Source: a bacterium
GTDB taxonomy: Bacteria > UBP6 > UBA1177 > JAKLFG01
Assembly: GCA_022711315.1 (NCBI GenBank)
Contig: JAKLFG010000005.1
Location: forward strand, 7,037-71,036
Direction of reading: 5' to 3'
Length of the DNA: 64,000 nt
The position numbers were made by a program, and so were the translations under genes. Under the pieces are notes generated by a model that saw only the letters and a list, made by a program, of their open reading frames with translations, was not told where the DNA came from and ran no database searches. This document shows positions 18,128 through 28,234 of the stretch, piece after piece. Within the stretch, counting starts at the first letter, position 1. Each line of letters starts with the position of its first letter.

Positions 18128-19063
18128 ATGACTGAGATGATCACGGTGCGCGGGGTGACCAAGCGCTACGATCGCATCACGGCGGTCGCCGACGCCACCT
18201 TCACGCTCCGCAAGGGGGACATTCTCGGCTTCCTCGGCCCGAACGGCGCCGGGAAGACCACGGCGATGAAGATGATCATCGGCTATCTGCCCGCCGACGC
18301 CGGATCCATCGCGGTCGCCGGACGCGACATCACCGAGGACCCGCTGAAGGCCCGCAACGCCATCGGCTACCTGCCGGAGAACAACCCGCTCTATCAGGAT
18401 ATGACCGTGGACGAGTACCTGTCGTTCATCGCCGCGATGCGCGGTCTCAAAGACCCGGCCGCCGCAAAGAAGCGGGCGATGGAGCGGTGCGCGGTCGACG
18501 CGGTGGGGCACCGCATCATCGGGCATCTCTCGAAAGGCTACAAACAGCGCGTCGGACTGGCGCAGGCCATTCTGCACGATCCGGAGATACTGATACTCGA
18601 CGAGCCGGCCAACGGGCTCGACCCGATACAGATAACCGAGATCCGCGGGCTCATCCGCGATCTGGGCCGCGAGAAGAGCGTCATCCTCTGCTCGCACATC
18701 CTTTCGGAGGTCGAGGCGGTCGCGAGCCGCGTCGTCATCATCAATCAGGGGAAGATCGTCGCCGACGACACGCTCGAGAATCTGAAGGAACGCAGCAGCG
18801 GCCACAACATCTTCCGCATCGAATTCCTGACGGCGAAGGACGAGCGGACGGTCGCCGACGCGCTGACGAAGATACCGGGCGTCGCGGCGGTCAGCCGCGT
18901 GGCCGGCGACACCTTCCGCGTCAAGACCAAAGGCGAACGCGAGACGGGCAACCAGATATTCCGGACCGCCGTGGCGCAGAACTGGGATCTCGCCCAGATC
19001 CACCTTGAATCGCGGTCGCTCGAGAACACCTTCCTGTCCCTCATCGAAGGAGGCAACGCATGA
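18128..19063 (+). CDS. ABC transporter ATP-binding protein (GldA-like)
   Basis: Walker A GPNGAGKTT, signature LSKGYKQRV, Walker B ILILDEP. AGGAGG RBS. Confidence 0.85.
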   Translation: MTEMITVRGVTKRYDRITAVADATFTLRKGDILGFLGPNGAGKTTAMKMIIGYLPADAGSIAVAGRDITEDPLKARNAIGYLPENNPLYQDMTVDEYLSFIAAMRGLKDPAAAKKRAMERCAVDAVGHRIIGHLSKGYKQRVGLAQAILHDPEILILDEPANGLDPIQITEIRGLIRDLGREKSVILCSHILSEVEAVASRVVIINQGKIVADDTLENLKERSSGHNIFRIEFLTAKDERTVADALTKIPGVAAVSRVAGDTFRVKTKGERETGNQIFRTAVAQNWDLAQIHLESRSLENTFLSLIEGGNA

Positions 19064-19773
19064 ACAACATACTGACCGTCACCCGCAAGGAACTGCTCGG
19101 GTATTTCAACTCGGCCATCGCCTACATCTTCTTCACGCTGTTCCTCGTCATACTCTCGTTCCTGTTCTTCCGCCTGTTCTTCCTGCAGGGCATCGTCTCG
19201 GTGAACGACTTCTTCGGTGTGATGCCGTGGGTATTCCTCATCTTCGTCCCGGCGGTCACGATGAAGTCGTGGGCCGAGGAGCGCAAGAGCGGCACCATGG
19301 AGGTGCTCCTGTCGCTCCCGGCGTCGGATCTTGAACTGGTCGTCGGCAAGTTCCTCGCCGGCGTCGCGTTCGTCGGCGTGGCTCTTCTGCTCACGCTCAT
19401 CGTCCCGGCGCTCGTGTCGCTCACCGGGCCGCTCGACTGGGGCCCGGTCATCGCGTCGTATCTCGGCGCGATCCTGCTCGCCGCCGCCTATGTCGCGATC
19501 GGGAACTTCGTGAGTTCGCTCACCGCCAACCAGATAACGGCCTTCCTCTTCACGGCGGTCCTCCTGTTCCTCCTGCTCATCATCGGGACCGAACCGGTAT
19601 TCTCGGTGTTCCCGACGCTCATCGGCGAGGTGGTGCGCAACTTCTCGCTGAACTACCATTTCCAGAGCATCGGCCGCGGCGTGCTGGATTCGCGCGACAT
19701 CCTGTTCTACCTCACGGTGATCGGGCTGTTCGTGTACTACAACATCAAGTCGCTCGAAGCGCGCAGCTGGTAG
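19060..19773 (+). CDS. ABC-2 type permease (GldF-like)
   Basis: 237 aa with six hydrophobic segments; start overlaps the ATPase gene stop. Confidence 0.7.
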   Translation: MNNILTVTRKELLGYFNSAIAYIFFTLFLVILSFLFFRLFFLQGIVSVNDFFGVMPWVFLIFVPAVTMKSWAEERKSGTMEVLLSLPASDLELVVGKFLAGVAFVGVALLLTLIVPALVSLTGPLDWGPVIASYLGAILLAAAYVAIGNFVSSLTANQITAFLFTAVLLFLLLIIGTEPVFSVFPTLIGEVVRNFSLNYHFQSIGRGVLDSRDILFYLTVIGLFVYYNIKSLEARSW

Positions 19774-19785
19774 GGAGGTGATACC

Positions 19786-21396
19786 ATGAGTAAAAGGAAA
19801 CTGGACGCCCTCATCGCCATCGCGCTTGTCACCGGCATCGCGCTCTTCTTGAACATCCTCGCCTCCTACGCCTTTTTGCGGCTCGATCTCACGCGGGGCG
19901 GCATCTACACCGTGAGCGACTCGACCAAAAAGATACTGGCCGACCTGCCGGGGACGGTGCAGATAAAATTCTATCTTTCCGACGAATTGCCGCCGCGCGT
20001 CCTGCCGGTCAAGCGCGACATACTCGACATCCTCAAGGAATATGAGACCTCCGGCAAAGGCAAGATCGAACTGTCGGTGCTCGTTCCCGAAAAGGATCCG
20101 AACATCGAAGAGGACGCCAAGAAGGCGGGCATCGAAAAGGTCAACATCAATGTCATCGGCAAGAACAAGGAGGAGGTGCAGGCGGTCTATCTCGGCATCG
20201 CGCTGTACTATCAGGAAAAAAGCGAGGTCCTGCCGGTCGTCATGGGGATCAAGGACATCGAGTACGAATTGACGAGCGCCATACTCAAGTTGACCCGCGA
20301 GAAAAAGGATACCATCGTCTTTCTCAATAAGGAGGTCCGGCTCCCCGACGACCTCGACCCGCAGATGCGGATGCAACTGCAGAGCCAGTTGCCGCCGAGC
20401 CACTCCATCACGAAGGACACGATGGCGGTCGCCGAGGCGCTCCGCGAGCAGTACGAGGTGCGCGAGGTCCAGATAAGGGAGGGCGAGCCCCTGCCCGACG
20501 GGACCACGGTGCTCGTGATACACGAGGCCGACAACCTCACCGAGTGGGAGAAATACCTCGTCGACCAGTTCGTGCTGAAGGGCGGGTCGCTCATCATCCT
20601 GCAGTCAGGCATCAAGTTCCAGCAGGGGATGATGGGGCAGGAGCGGCGCATCAACTACGGCAACCTGCTCGAGGCATGGGGGCTCAAACTGCAGGGCAAC
20701 ATGGTGCTCGACCTCTACAACTTCCCGGCGCTCATCCCGTCGGGCAACATGCGGTACCTGCAGGCCTACCCCTTCTGGATAAAGGTCGGCGCGAAGCAGA
20801 TGGACGCCGCGCTCCCGGGCTACCTGCGGGAACTCGGCACGCTTGCCTTCCCGTTCTCCTCCTCGATAGAGATAGAGAAAAAAGAGGGGCTCTCCTACCT
20901 GACGGTCGCCCGTTCGTCCGGCAAAAGTTGGGAACAGCGCGGCGCGGTGATGGCGATGCCCGACCAGATCACGCAACCGCAGGAAAGCGAGTTCAAGACC
21001 TTCGATCTCGCAGTGCTCGCCTCGGGGACATTCCCGAGCGCCTTCACGAGCGGCAATCTGCCGCCGAAGGCCGATCCGGCGTCGTTCCTCGCGAAGGGCG
21101 AGAAGCCGGGGCGGGTCTTCCTCGCCGGCACCCCCGAACTGATACTCGACCGCAACATGCGGATGTTCCAGTCGAACGGGGTATTCTTCATCAACCTCTT
21201 GGATTATCTCACCAATTCGAGCGACCTTGCCGGCATCCGTTCGCGAGATCAGGGGTATGTCTTCATCGACGCGGAGGTGTCCGATGCGATGAAGGAGATC
21301 ATCCGTTGGGCCGGCATCCTGCTGATGCCGCTCCTTGTGGTGATATTCGGCGTCATCCGGATGATGATGAGGAACAGACTTTCAGGGAGAGCGTGA
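19786..21396 (+). CDS. GldG-like ABC-transporter auxiliary protein
   Basis: N- and C-terminal TM anchors around a large periplasmic domain, in the position after the GldA/F-like genes. Confidence 0.7.
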   Translation: MSKRKLDALIAIALVTGIALFLNILASYAFLRLDLTRGGIYTVSDSTKKILADLPGTVQIKFYLSDELPPRVLPVKRDILDILKEYETSGKGKIELSVLVPEKDPNIEEDAKKAGIEKVNINVIGKNKEEVQAVYLGIALYYQEKSEVLPVVMGIKDIEYELTSAILKLTREKKDTIVFLNKEVRLPDDLDPQMRMQLQSQLPPSHSITKDTMAVAEALREQYEVREVQIREGEPLPDGTTVLVIHEADNLTEWEKYLVDQFVLKGGSLIILQSGIKFQQGMMGQERRINYGNLLEAWGLKLQGNMVLDLYNFPALIPSGNMRYLQAYPFWIKVGAKQMDAALPGYLRELGTLAFPFSSSIEIEKKEGLSYLTVARSSGKSWEQRGAVMAMPDQITQPQESEFKTFDLAVLASGTFPSAFTSGNLPPKADPASFLAKGEKPGRVFLAGTPELILDRNMRMFQSNGVFFINLLDYLTNSSDLAGIRSRDQGYVFIDAEVSDAMKEIIRWAGILLMPLLVVIFGVIRMMMRNRLSGRA

Positions 21397-21397
21397 C

Positions 21398-22366
21398 ATG
21401 AACAGAAAAAATCTCGTTCTGCTGGCGATACTGGCGCTGCTCATCGGCGGCTTCGTGTTGAAACAGCATCTCGACGAGCAGGCGATACAGAAGGACATCG
21501 CGCAGGAGAACCGCGCCGTCTTCGAGGGAATCGTGAAGGAACAGATAACGGAGTTCGCGATAACCGACACCGAGAAGAAGATCACCTCAACGCTCGTCAA
21601 GCAGGGCGACCGGTGGGTGGTCAAAGAGAAGAACAACTTCCCGGCCGACAAGGCGCTGGTCGACAAGGTTCTGGAGACGCTTCCTAAATTCCGCTACGGG
21701 ACCCAGATCGGCGACGAGGAGGAGATGCAGAAGAACTCCTTCGGGTTCGACAAGGCGGTCGAGGTGAAGGTGGCGGGTAAGACGCTCGTTCTGGGCAACC
21801 CCGCCGGGGCGCGGCTCCCCATCAAGGTGGACGGAGCGCTCTACCTCTCGCCGAGCAACGAGCGGCATGTCTTCGCCCGGTATGACGGCGAGTGGCGCGA
21901 ACGGAAACTGTTCCCGGGCAGGGAACCGGCCGACGCGATCGGGCTCAAGATAGCGATCGAAGGGCGCCCCCCCGTCGAGGTGAAACTGGGGGAGAACGAC
22001 GAGGCGACGGTCACCGGCATTGACGGGGCCGACCCGCAGAAGGCGAAGGCGCTCCTCTCGGCGGTCGGCGGGCTCCGCATCGGATCGTTCTTCGACGCGC
22101 CGCCGCCGATGACCGACGAGGTGGAAAAGGACAAGAAAAAAGAAAAGATAGCCAAAGGGGTCGTCACCGTCTCCTTCAAGAACGGCGAGGCAGCCACCTT
22201 TGAACTGGTCGGACAGAAGGTGAAGGACAAGAGCGACTATCTCATCAGCAAGGATGGGGTCCTGTTCGGCTTATCGGAGTATTATTTCAACAAACTCGGC
22301 TCATTAGACCTGCTTCCGAATGCGCCTGCCCCCATTAAGCCGGCGCCCAAGCCGGTCAAGAAGTAG
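21398..22366 (+). CDS. DUF4340-like protein (commonly follows gldG-type genes)
   Basis: N-terminal TM, beta-rich body, Pro/Lys-rich tail. Call is from context and architecture only. Confidence 0.45.
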   Translation: MNRKNLVLLAILALLIGGFVLKQHLDEQAIQKDIAQENRAVFEGIVKEQITEFAITDTEKKITSTLVKQGDRWVVKEKNNFPADKALVDKVLETLPKFRYGTQIGDEEEMQKNSFGFDKAVEVKVAGKTLVLGNPAGARLPIKVDGALYLSPSNERHVFARYDGEWRERKLFPGREPADAIGLKIAIEGRPPVEVKLGENDEATVTGIDGADPQKAKALLSAVGGLRIGSFFDAPPPMTDEVEKDKKKEKIAKGVVTVSFKNGEAATFELVGQKVKDKSDYLISKDGVLFGLSEYYFNKLGSLDLLPNAPAPIKPAPKPVKK

Positions 22367-22369
22367 CCG

Positions 22370-23269
22370 TCACTGATCCACCCACGAAAAGGTCAACGCG
22401 TCGCCCGACAGCACGAGCGTGACGGGCGCTCCGGGGACGCCCCCCTCATCGAACGCCGTTATCGTCACCGCGCCGGTCAGGTGCCCCACGAGCAGGGTAT
22501 CGTAGTACCGTTCGGCGCGCGAAAGGCCGGTGTTGTCGGGCGGCCCCTGCAGGGTGACGGTCGCCGGGAGCGTACCGCCCATCTCGGTGCGCGACAGGGT
22601 GACGAGCAGGTGTTCGGGCGAATTGTTCTGCTTGTAGATGACGAAGGTGACGAAACTCTTGTTCGTCTCGAACGGCGCGGGGACCGTGAAGACCTCCGCC
22701 GGATCGACCGGCGAAGAGACGAACGAGGCGCTCCCTTCGAGGATGTTCGCCCCGCCCGGCCACGGCTCGACGGTGTTGTCGTAGGTCAGCGACGAGGTCG
22801 CGGGCGTGGGGCATTTGCCCGCATGGTCCATCGCCATGCCGTGGGTGGCGGCGTCGCAGTCGCTGGGGTAGGTCTTGCCGTTGCAGCCGCAGACGGGATC
22901 GATGAGAAGTTCACAGCCGTCGGTCCAGAGCGGCGTGCAGATACCGGCACCCGAGCAGTCTCCGAGCGCGGTCAGGCAGTAGAAGCCCTCGCCGCAGTCG
23001 GCCGCGTAGCCGACGCAGGGCTGTCCGTCGCCGTCGGGTAGCAGGTCGTCCTCGTCCGGCAGTATCCCGTCGGAGAAGATCAGGTCTTCGTCCCCTATCC
23101 CGTCGTTCGCTTCGTTATTCACCTCGTCGCTCTGCGCCGTATCGTCGTCGGTCACCGCCGCGGAGTCGTTCTGCGCGGCATCGGCATCGACCAGTTTCAT
23201 CGTGCTGTTCTCGCAGGCGCCGCAGAGGCCGAGCGCGGCGATGAAAAGAAACAGGGCGAGGCGTTCCAT
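22370..23269 (-). CDS. Lipoprotein with acidic linker and a Kazal-type inhibitor-like Cys-rich module
   Basis: Lipobox GLCGAC and a D/E-rich linker. CELLIDPVCGCNGKTYPSDCDAATHGMAMDHAGKC (nt 22811-22915) fits the Kazal pattern C-x-PVCG-x-(D/N)G-x-TY-x-(N/S/D)-x-C. Confidence 0.6.
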   Translation of the reverse strand: MERLALFLFIAALGLCGACENSTMKLVDADAAQNDSAAVTDDDTAQSDEVNNEANDGIGDEDLIFSDGILPDEDDLLPDGDGQPCVGYAADCGEGFYCLTALGDCSGAGICTPLWTDGCELLIDPVCGCNGKTYPSDCDAATHGMAMDHAGKCPTPATSSLTYDNTVEPWPGGANILEGSASFVSSPVDPAEVFTVPAPFETNKSFVTFVIYKQNNSPEHLLVTLSRTEMGGTLPATVTLQGPPDNTGLSRAERYYDTLLVGHLTGAVTITAFDEGGVPGAPVTLVLSGDALTFSWVDQ

Positions 23270-23345
23270 GACGATATCTCCTTAAAAAAACCGGGGAAGA
23301 CCTTCCGATGATAGCCGAACGGACGGGGAAAGTAAAGAGATGACT

Positions 23346-25991
23346 TTAGGGTATCAGCGGCGGGCAGGTATCGCAGTTGTAGCCGACATCGACCTGTTCC
23401 GGCGGAAGCCCGAGGTCCTGTACGAAATGGTCGACGACCCGCTGGACATCGGTCGAAGAGAGGGCGGGGTTGACCTTGATGAGGAAAGAGAGGGGCGCCG
23501 GGACCTCTTCGACCGACATAAGCGGCGCGATATCGGCAAGCGCGTCGTTGCCGAGAAAGTAGACCTCGTCGGTCACCCGCCGCAGGTCGGCAAGCGGTGC
23601 GATACTGGGAAAAAAGTCACTGTTTCTGATGTAGAGGTAACTCATCTCCTCCTGTGCGGCGATGCCTGTCAGGGCAGGGACCTTGCAGTAGTCAAGGGTG
23701 AGGGCACCCAGACGGGCACCCGCGAGGAACGAAAGGTCGGGCGGACCGGAGAGATGGTCTATCCTGAGCGTTTTGATGCTCGCCTGCGGGGCAAGACTCT
23801 CTTCGATATCGGCGGGGAATTCGCCGGAAAGGTATAGTTGATATCCTATCTCGGCAAGAAGAGGGAATCGGGGCGGCGCCACGCTCACATAATCGCCGAT
23901 GATGGTGAGTTCGCTCACCGAGGTCAACTGCTCGGCAAGGTCGAACTCGGTGATGGCCGGACTTTCCGATATCCACAGTGCACCGATGGAAACGACCTCG
24001 GGAAAACCCCTTACCGAAACAAGCGCGGGGCTCTGGGATAGCCCGAGGTGCCCGATCGACCTGAGCGAGGGGAGTTCGATGGTCTCGAGGAGCGGGTTGT
24101 TGTTGAAAGAAAGGTTGGTGATCTCCTCGAGGAGCGGCCATGACACCGTCCGCAGCGCCTCGTTCGACTGAATGGTGATGCTGGTCGCCGCCGTCTGATG
24201 CACCTCTACCGTATTGAGCACGGAACTTTTCTCAACGATCACTTTGGGGGTGGCGACCGTCACGGTATCGATGATGAAGGTCTCCGCGGTACTGTAGGAA
24301 ATGAACGCCTCCTTGCCGACGGTCCGGAGCGCGGGGAAATCGTTCAGGGAGGAGATCGGCGAATAGCTCACATACAGGTACGAGGTGATGGTCTCCAACC
24401 CCGTGAGTCCGAGCAGAGCCGTCATGGCGGGGGTGTCCGTGGGGCCTACCGCGTTCCCCCAGTGCAGTTCATCGACCTCCTTGAGGCAGTGAAGCGCCGA
24501 CAGATCGGTGACCGCCTCTCCAACGACAAACAGTTTTTTCAGAGAGGTATAGCCGCGCAGAAGTTCTGCGTCGGCGTTGCTGCCGATACCGTAACTACCC
24601 TCGCCCGGGTAGGCGCCGAGGATGCATTCGGCCTCCGGGTCGCCCCCCGGCAGAGTGACATATGCTCCGCGCCATATCGCGTTGCCGCCGTTACCGCCGA
24701 TCAGCCAGACGGCGTCGTTGAAACTCGCCACGCCGAACCCGTACATCTGCGACAACGGCAGTTTGCGCGGCGCCTGCTCCCAATGGATGCCGTCGGCGGT
24801 GACCGCGATGCCGGGAAGCGGCGTCAGGCCGCCCAGCCAGACCTGCGGCGGTCCCGCCCCGGGGCCGATATCCTGCTGGACCGTGTCGCTGTTCTGCCAC
24901 TGTCCGGCGAAGACCCATAGTTTCCCGTCGAACGGCACGGCGGATCCGTACGAACCGAACACACGATACCAGGCATTGTTGATGTCGATGTCGGGTATCT
25001 CATGCGAACTGAAGGAACCGGCGCGGAAGGTCGCATAGGTCGCGTAGGTGTCGGCGTAATAGTACTGGGACCACCCGACCGAGTACCCGGGCAGAGAGGC
25101 CTGAAAATAACAGGAATCATGGAAATGACCGCCGAGCAGGATCAACCGGTCGCCGACCGGCGCCGCGAGCGGTCCATACAGCCCGTCGCCGAGCGGTTCG
25201 CAGTACCCGCCCGGGGGGGCCGAGACGACCGACTGCCAGTTACCGGCCTTCGTCCACGAAACGCCGTCGGTCGAACGCCACGCATCGCCGGCGCCGACCC
25301 CTGACGCACTGCCGCCGACGAGCCATAACGCCCCCTCGAACACCGTCAGCGCGTGTAGCCCGCGCCGACCGAACGGCGGCGCGCTTTGCGCGAGCGACCA
25401 CTCGATGCCGTCCTCCGAATTCCATACTCCCGCCGTATCGATCGTCCAGAGGAGACCGTCCTTGACCACGACCGAACGGTTGCCGGTAAAGGAGGGCGCC
25501 ACCTCGGTCGCCATGAGCGTCCATGACACCCCGTCGGCCGAACGCCACGCATCGCGCTTCTTCTCGCCGCCGAAAAGCCACAAGTTTCCCTTGAATGGGG
25601 TGACGGCGGGATAGTTGCGACCGTCGAACATCCCCTCTTCCGGCTCTTCATTTGCGGCATGCATCAGCGTCCACACGAAAATGCGGTGGCCCTCCGGCGC
25701 ATCGGCGTCCGACAGGAGATCGTCGCCCGCTTCGTCGGAAAGAAGAGCGGTATCGTTCAGGTCATCGGACCTTTCATCGTCGGGGAACAGATCCTCCTCG
25801 GCGACCGACCCCTCTTCGTCGGAGAGTGGCGTTACGGTGTCGGAGCCGGAAAGGTCGGTATCGGATGATGTCATCGCATCGGCATCGGCGGCGGAGCGCG
25901 CCGCCTTCCCGCAACCGAAGACAAAAAAGAGAGACAGGAGTACGAGCATCATCCGGATCGTCTTTGAGCCGAAAGACCTCTCCGCGCACAT
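23346..25991 (-). CDS. Large lipoprotein: acidic linker, beta-propeller-like W-x-S-x-DG-x-x-W repeats, C-terminal leucine-rich/receptor-L-like repeats
   Basis: The real start is taken at ATG 25991 (MCAERSFGSKTIRMMLVLLSLFFVFGCG lipobox). Repeats include WRSADGVSWT, WNSEDGIEWS, WRSTDGVSWT and TADGIHWE. The C-terminal ~380 aa carry repetitive L/I-x-x-L units. Confidence 0.6.
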   Translation of the reverse strand: MCAERSFGSKTIRMMLVLLSLFFVFGCGKAARSAADADAMTSSDTDLSGSDTVTPLSDEEGSVAEEDLFPDDERSDDLNDTALLSDEAGDDLLSDADAPEGHRIFVWTLMHAANEEPEEGMFDGRNYPAVTPFKGNLWLFGGEKKRDAWRSADGVSWTLMATEVAPSFTGNRSVVVKDGLLWTIDTAGVWNSEDGIEWSLAQSAPPFGRRGLHALTVFEGALWLVGGSASGVGAGDAWRSTDGVSWTKAGNWQSVVSAPPGGYCEPLGDGLYGPLAAPVGDRLILLGGHFHDSCYFQASLPGYSVGWSQYYYADTYATYATFRAGSFSSHEIPDIDINNAWYRVFGSYGSAVPFDGKLWVFAGQWQNSDTVQQDIGPGAGPPQVWLGGLTPLPGIAVTADGIHWEQAPRKLPLSQMYGFGVASFNDAVWLIGGNGGNAIWRGAYVTLPGGDPEAECILGAYPGEGSYGIGSNADAELLRGYTSLKKLFVVGEAVTDLSALHCLKEVDELHWGNAVGPTDTPAMTALLGLTGLETITSYLYVSYSPISSLNDFPALRTVGKEAFISYSTAETFIIDTVTVATPKVIVEKSSVLNTVEVHQTAATSITIQSNEALRTVSWPLLEEITNLSFNNNPLLETIELPSLRSIGHLGLSQSPALVSVRGFPEVVSIGALWISESPAITEFDLAEQLTSVSELTIIGDYVSVAPPRFPLLAEIGYQLYLSGEFPADIEESLAPQASIKTLRIDHLSGPPDLSFLAGARLGALTLDYCKVPALTGIAAQEEMSYLYIRNSDFFPSIAPLADLRRVTDEVYFLGNDALADIAPLMSVEEVPAPLSFLIKVNPALSSTDVQRVVDHFVQDLGLPPEQVDVGYNCDTCPPLIP

Positions 25992-26126
25992 CCCGTATCC
26001 CCGTTCGTTCCGTTCGATGTCTTCTTGTATCATACTCTCCGGTAAAAGTCCAGACCGCTCTCCGCGCCGAAAAGTTGCCATCATTCGCCCGGATGCTATG
26101 CTTGCGGCGGCGTTCAGAGAGAGGTC

Positions 26127-27332
26127 ATGCGGATGAAGGACCGGTTCAGGCCGATCGTCGAATTTCTCGGGCTCAGGCGGAGCATCGTCGGGCTCCTTAC
26201 GATGGTGGTGCTCGTCGGGCTCGGCGAGAAGATGGCCGAACGGTTCCTGCCGCTCTACCTCATCGCGCTCGGCGCTTCGCCGCTCATCCCGGGGATACTC
26301 AACGGCCTCGACAACCTCCTCTCGGCGCTCTATTCCTATCCCGGCGGCTGGCTGACCGAGCGGCTCGGCTACAAGCGGGCGCTCGCGGTCTTCAATCTCG
26401 TCGCGATGGGCGGCTATCTCATCGTCATCGCCTTCCCGCACTGGATCGCGGTCATCGTCGGATCGGTCTTCTTCCTGTCGTGGACGGCGCTGTCGCTCCC
26501 CGCGACGATGGAACTGGTGTCGACGGTCCTGCCCAAGAACAAGCGGACGATGGGGGTGTCGGTCCATTCGCTCGTCCGCCGCGTCCCGATGGCGCTCGGG
26601 CCGGTGCTCGGCGGGGTGCTCATCGACCTCTACGGCGTGACGGCGGGTGTCCGCCTGTCATTCACCGTCGCGTTCCTCTTCGGCGCGGTGTCGCTCGTCA
26701 TCCAGCAGGGGATGATAGAGGAACGGCGCGAGGAAAAGGAGCCGTCGGTGGGCGGCCTGCAGGCGCTTCTCGCGGCGATGCCCAAGGAACTCAGAGCGCT
26801 CCTCGCCTCCGATATCCTCATCCGGTTCTGTGAGCAGATACCCTACGCCTACCTCGCGATATGGGCGATGTCGAGCCCGCAGGGAGCCCGCGTGAGCGGC
26901 ACCGAGTTCGGCATCCTTACGGCGATCGAAATGGTGGTGGCGCTCCTCATCTATGTGCCGGTCGCCTATCTCGCCGACAAGGGATCGAAGAAGCCCTTCG
27001 TCCTCATCACCTTCTTCAACTTCACGATCTTCCCGGTCATCCTCCTGTTCTCGACCGGCTTTACGATGCTGGTGGTCGCTTTCATCGTGCGCGGTCTCAA
27101 GGAGTTCGGCGAACCGACGCGTAAGGCGCTCATCATGGACCTCGCCCCCGAAGGACGCAAGGCGGCGACCTTCGGTTCCTACTATCTTGTCCGCGATACC
27201 GTCGTGTCTCTGGCCGCCTTCGCCGGTGCGTGGCTGTGGCAGATGTCGCCGGCGGTCAATCTCCTGACGGCGGCCGCCTGCGGCGCGCTAGGGACCCTGC
27301 TGTTCGCCATGACGGGAAAAGATCGCGCCTGA
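26127..27332 (+). CDS. MFS transporter
   Basis: 401 aa and about 12 TM segments in two halves. Confidence 0.7.
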   Translation: MRMKDRFRPIVEFLGLRRSIVGLLTMVVLVGLGEKMAERFLPLYLIALGASPLIPGILNGLDNLLSALYSYPGGWLTERLGYKRALAVFNLVAMGGYLIVIAFPHWIAVIVGSVFFLSWTALSLPATMELVSTVLPKNKRTMGVSVHSLVRRVPMALGPVLGGVLIDLYGVTAGVRLSFTVAFLFGAVSLVIQQGMIEERREEKEPSVGGLQALLAAMPKELRALLASDILIRFCEQIPYAYLAIWAMSSPQGARVSGTEFGILTAIEMVVALLIYVPVAYLADKGSKKPFVLITFFNFTIFPVILLFSTGFTMLVVAFIVRGLKEFGEPTRKALIMDLAPEGRKAATFGSYYLVRDTVVSLAAFAGAWLWQMSPAVNLLTAAACGALGTLLFAMTGKDRA

Positions 27333-27401
27333 TCATCGAAAAATTGCTTTTCATGTCGAGAAAGCACTAACTATACTGGTCACTTATCTTGGGAGGGATC
27401 T

Positions 27402-28220
27402 ATGAGGAGCGTTATTGTTTTGGTGCTGTGCCTCTTGTCCGTGCTTTTCGTTGCCTGTGGCGGGGATGATCCCGGTGATCCGGTCGACAACACACCGGTA
27501 ACGGATGATGCGGTGAATCCCGACAGCGATACCGCCGGCTCCGGCACCGGTACGCTGGTCTTCGCCGGCGTGGCGAATGGCGAAACACCGGTCATCGCGG
27601 GAGGTTCCCTGAAAGATGTCGTTGCCGAAGCAACGACCCATCTTATGCATGGGACCGGCATGGATCTGTGGGTGACCGAGGTTTCGGTTTCGCAGGGACT
27701 CGTCGCCGACGGCGTTGCCGACACCTTCACCTGGGAGAAGATCGGCGAGAGCGACGCGATCAAACCGATACCGGACTACCTGTTCACCGATACCGGCCTG
27801 CCGGTGGGGGAATACCAGAGCATCAAGATGGTCTTCAAGAACACCATCGTCATGCATGCGGTCTATCACGACGATCAGGCCACGGAGATAGAGATGCCCA
27901 GTTCGCTCGATCAGGGCTCCTGCGGCGACGAGACTCTCATCACACAGTATTTCTCGCCGAACGGCAACCATTCGCTTGAAGAGGGGGTTTTCCATGTGCA
28001 GGCGGCGGGCGAGAAATCGAGCGCCTTCACCATCAAAGAGGGAAAGACCACCACGATCAAATGGCAATTGGGCAAACCGGGCGTGCAACTGACCGACTGC
28101 TCCTTCGAGTGGGTCGATGCGAACGGGAACGGCGCGTGGGATTGCGGGGTCGACAGCGCGCAGAACGCCCAATGTTCCGTGCCGAATGTCATGTTCTATT
28201 TCTCGGTCGAAGAGGAATAA
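27402..28220 (+). CDS. Lipoprotein with acidic linker, unknown function
   Basis: LSVLFVACGGDDPGDPVDNTPVTDDAVNPDSD lipobox plus linker. GGGAGGG RBS. Confidence 0.5.
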   Translation: MRSVIVLVLCLLSVLFVACGGDDPGDPVDNTPVTDDAVNPDSDTAGSGTGTLVFAGVANGETPVIAGGSLKDVVAEATTHLMHGTGMDLWVTEVSVSQGLVADGVADTFTWEKIGESDAIKPIPDYLFTDTGLPVGEYQSIKMVFKNTIVMHAVYHDDQATEIEMPSSLDQGSCGDETLITQYFSPNGNHSLEEGVFHVQAAGEKSSAFTIKEGKTTTIKWQLGKPGVQLTDCSFEWVDANGNGAWDCGVDSAQNAQCSVPNVMFYFSVEEE

Positions 28221-28234
28221 CGAGGAGGAGAAAC

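Noticed and set aside
25992-26567. 5' extension of the 1073-aa ORF (23346-26567, minus strand) upstream of MCAERSF.
   Set aside because: The extension is R/D/E-rich low complexity and lies antisense to the start of the MFS gene (26127-27332). A proper lipoprotein signal begins just after ATG 25991.
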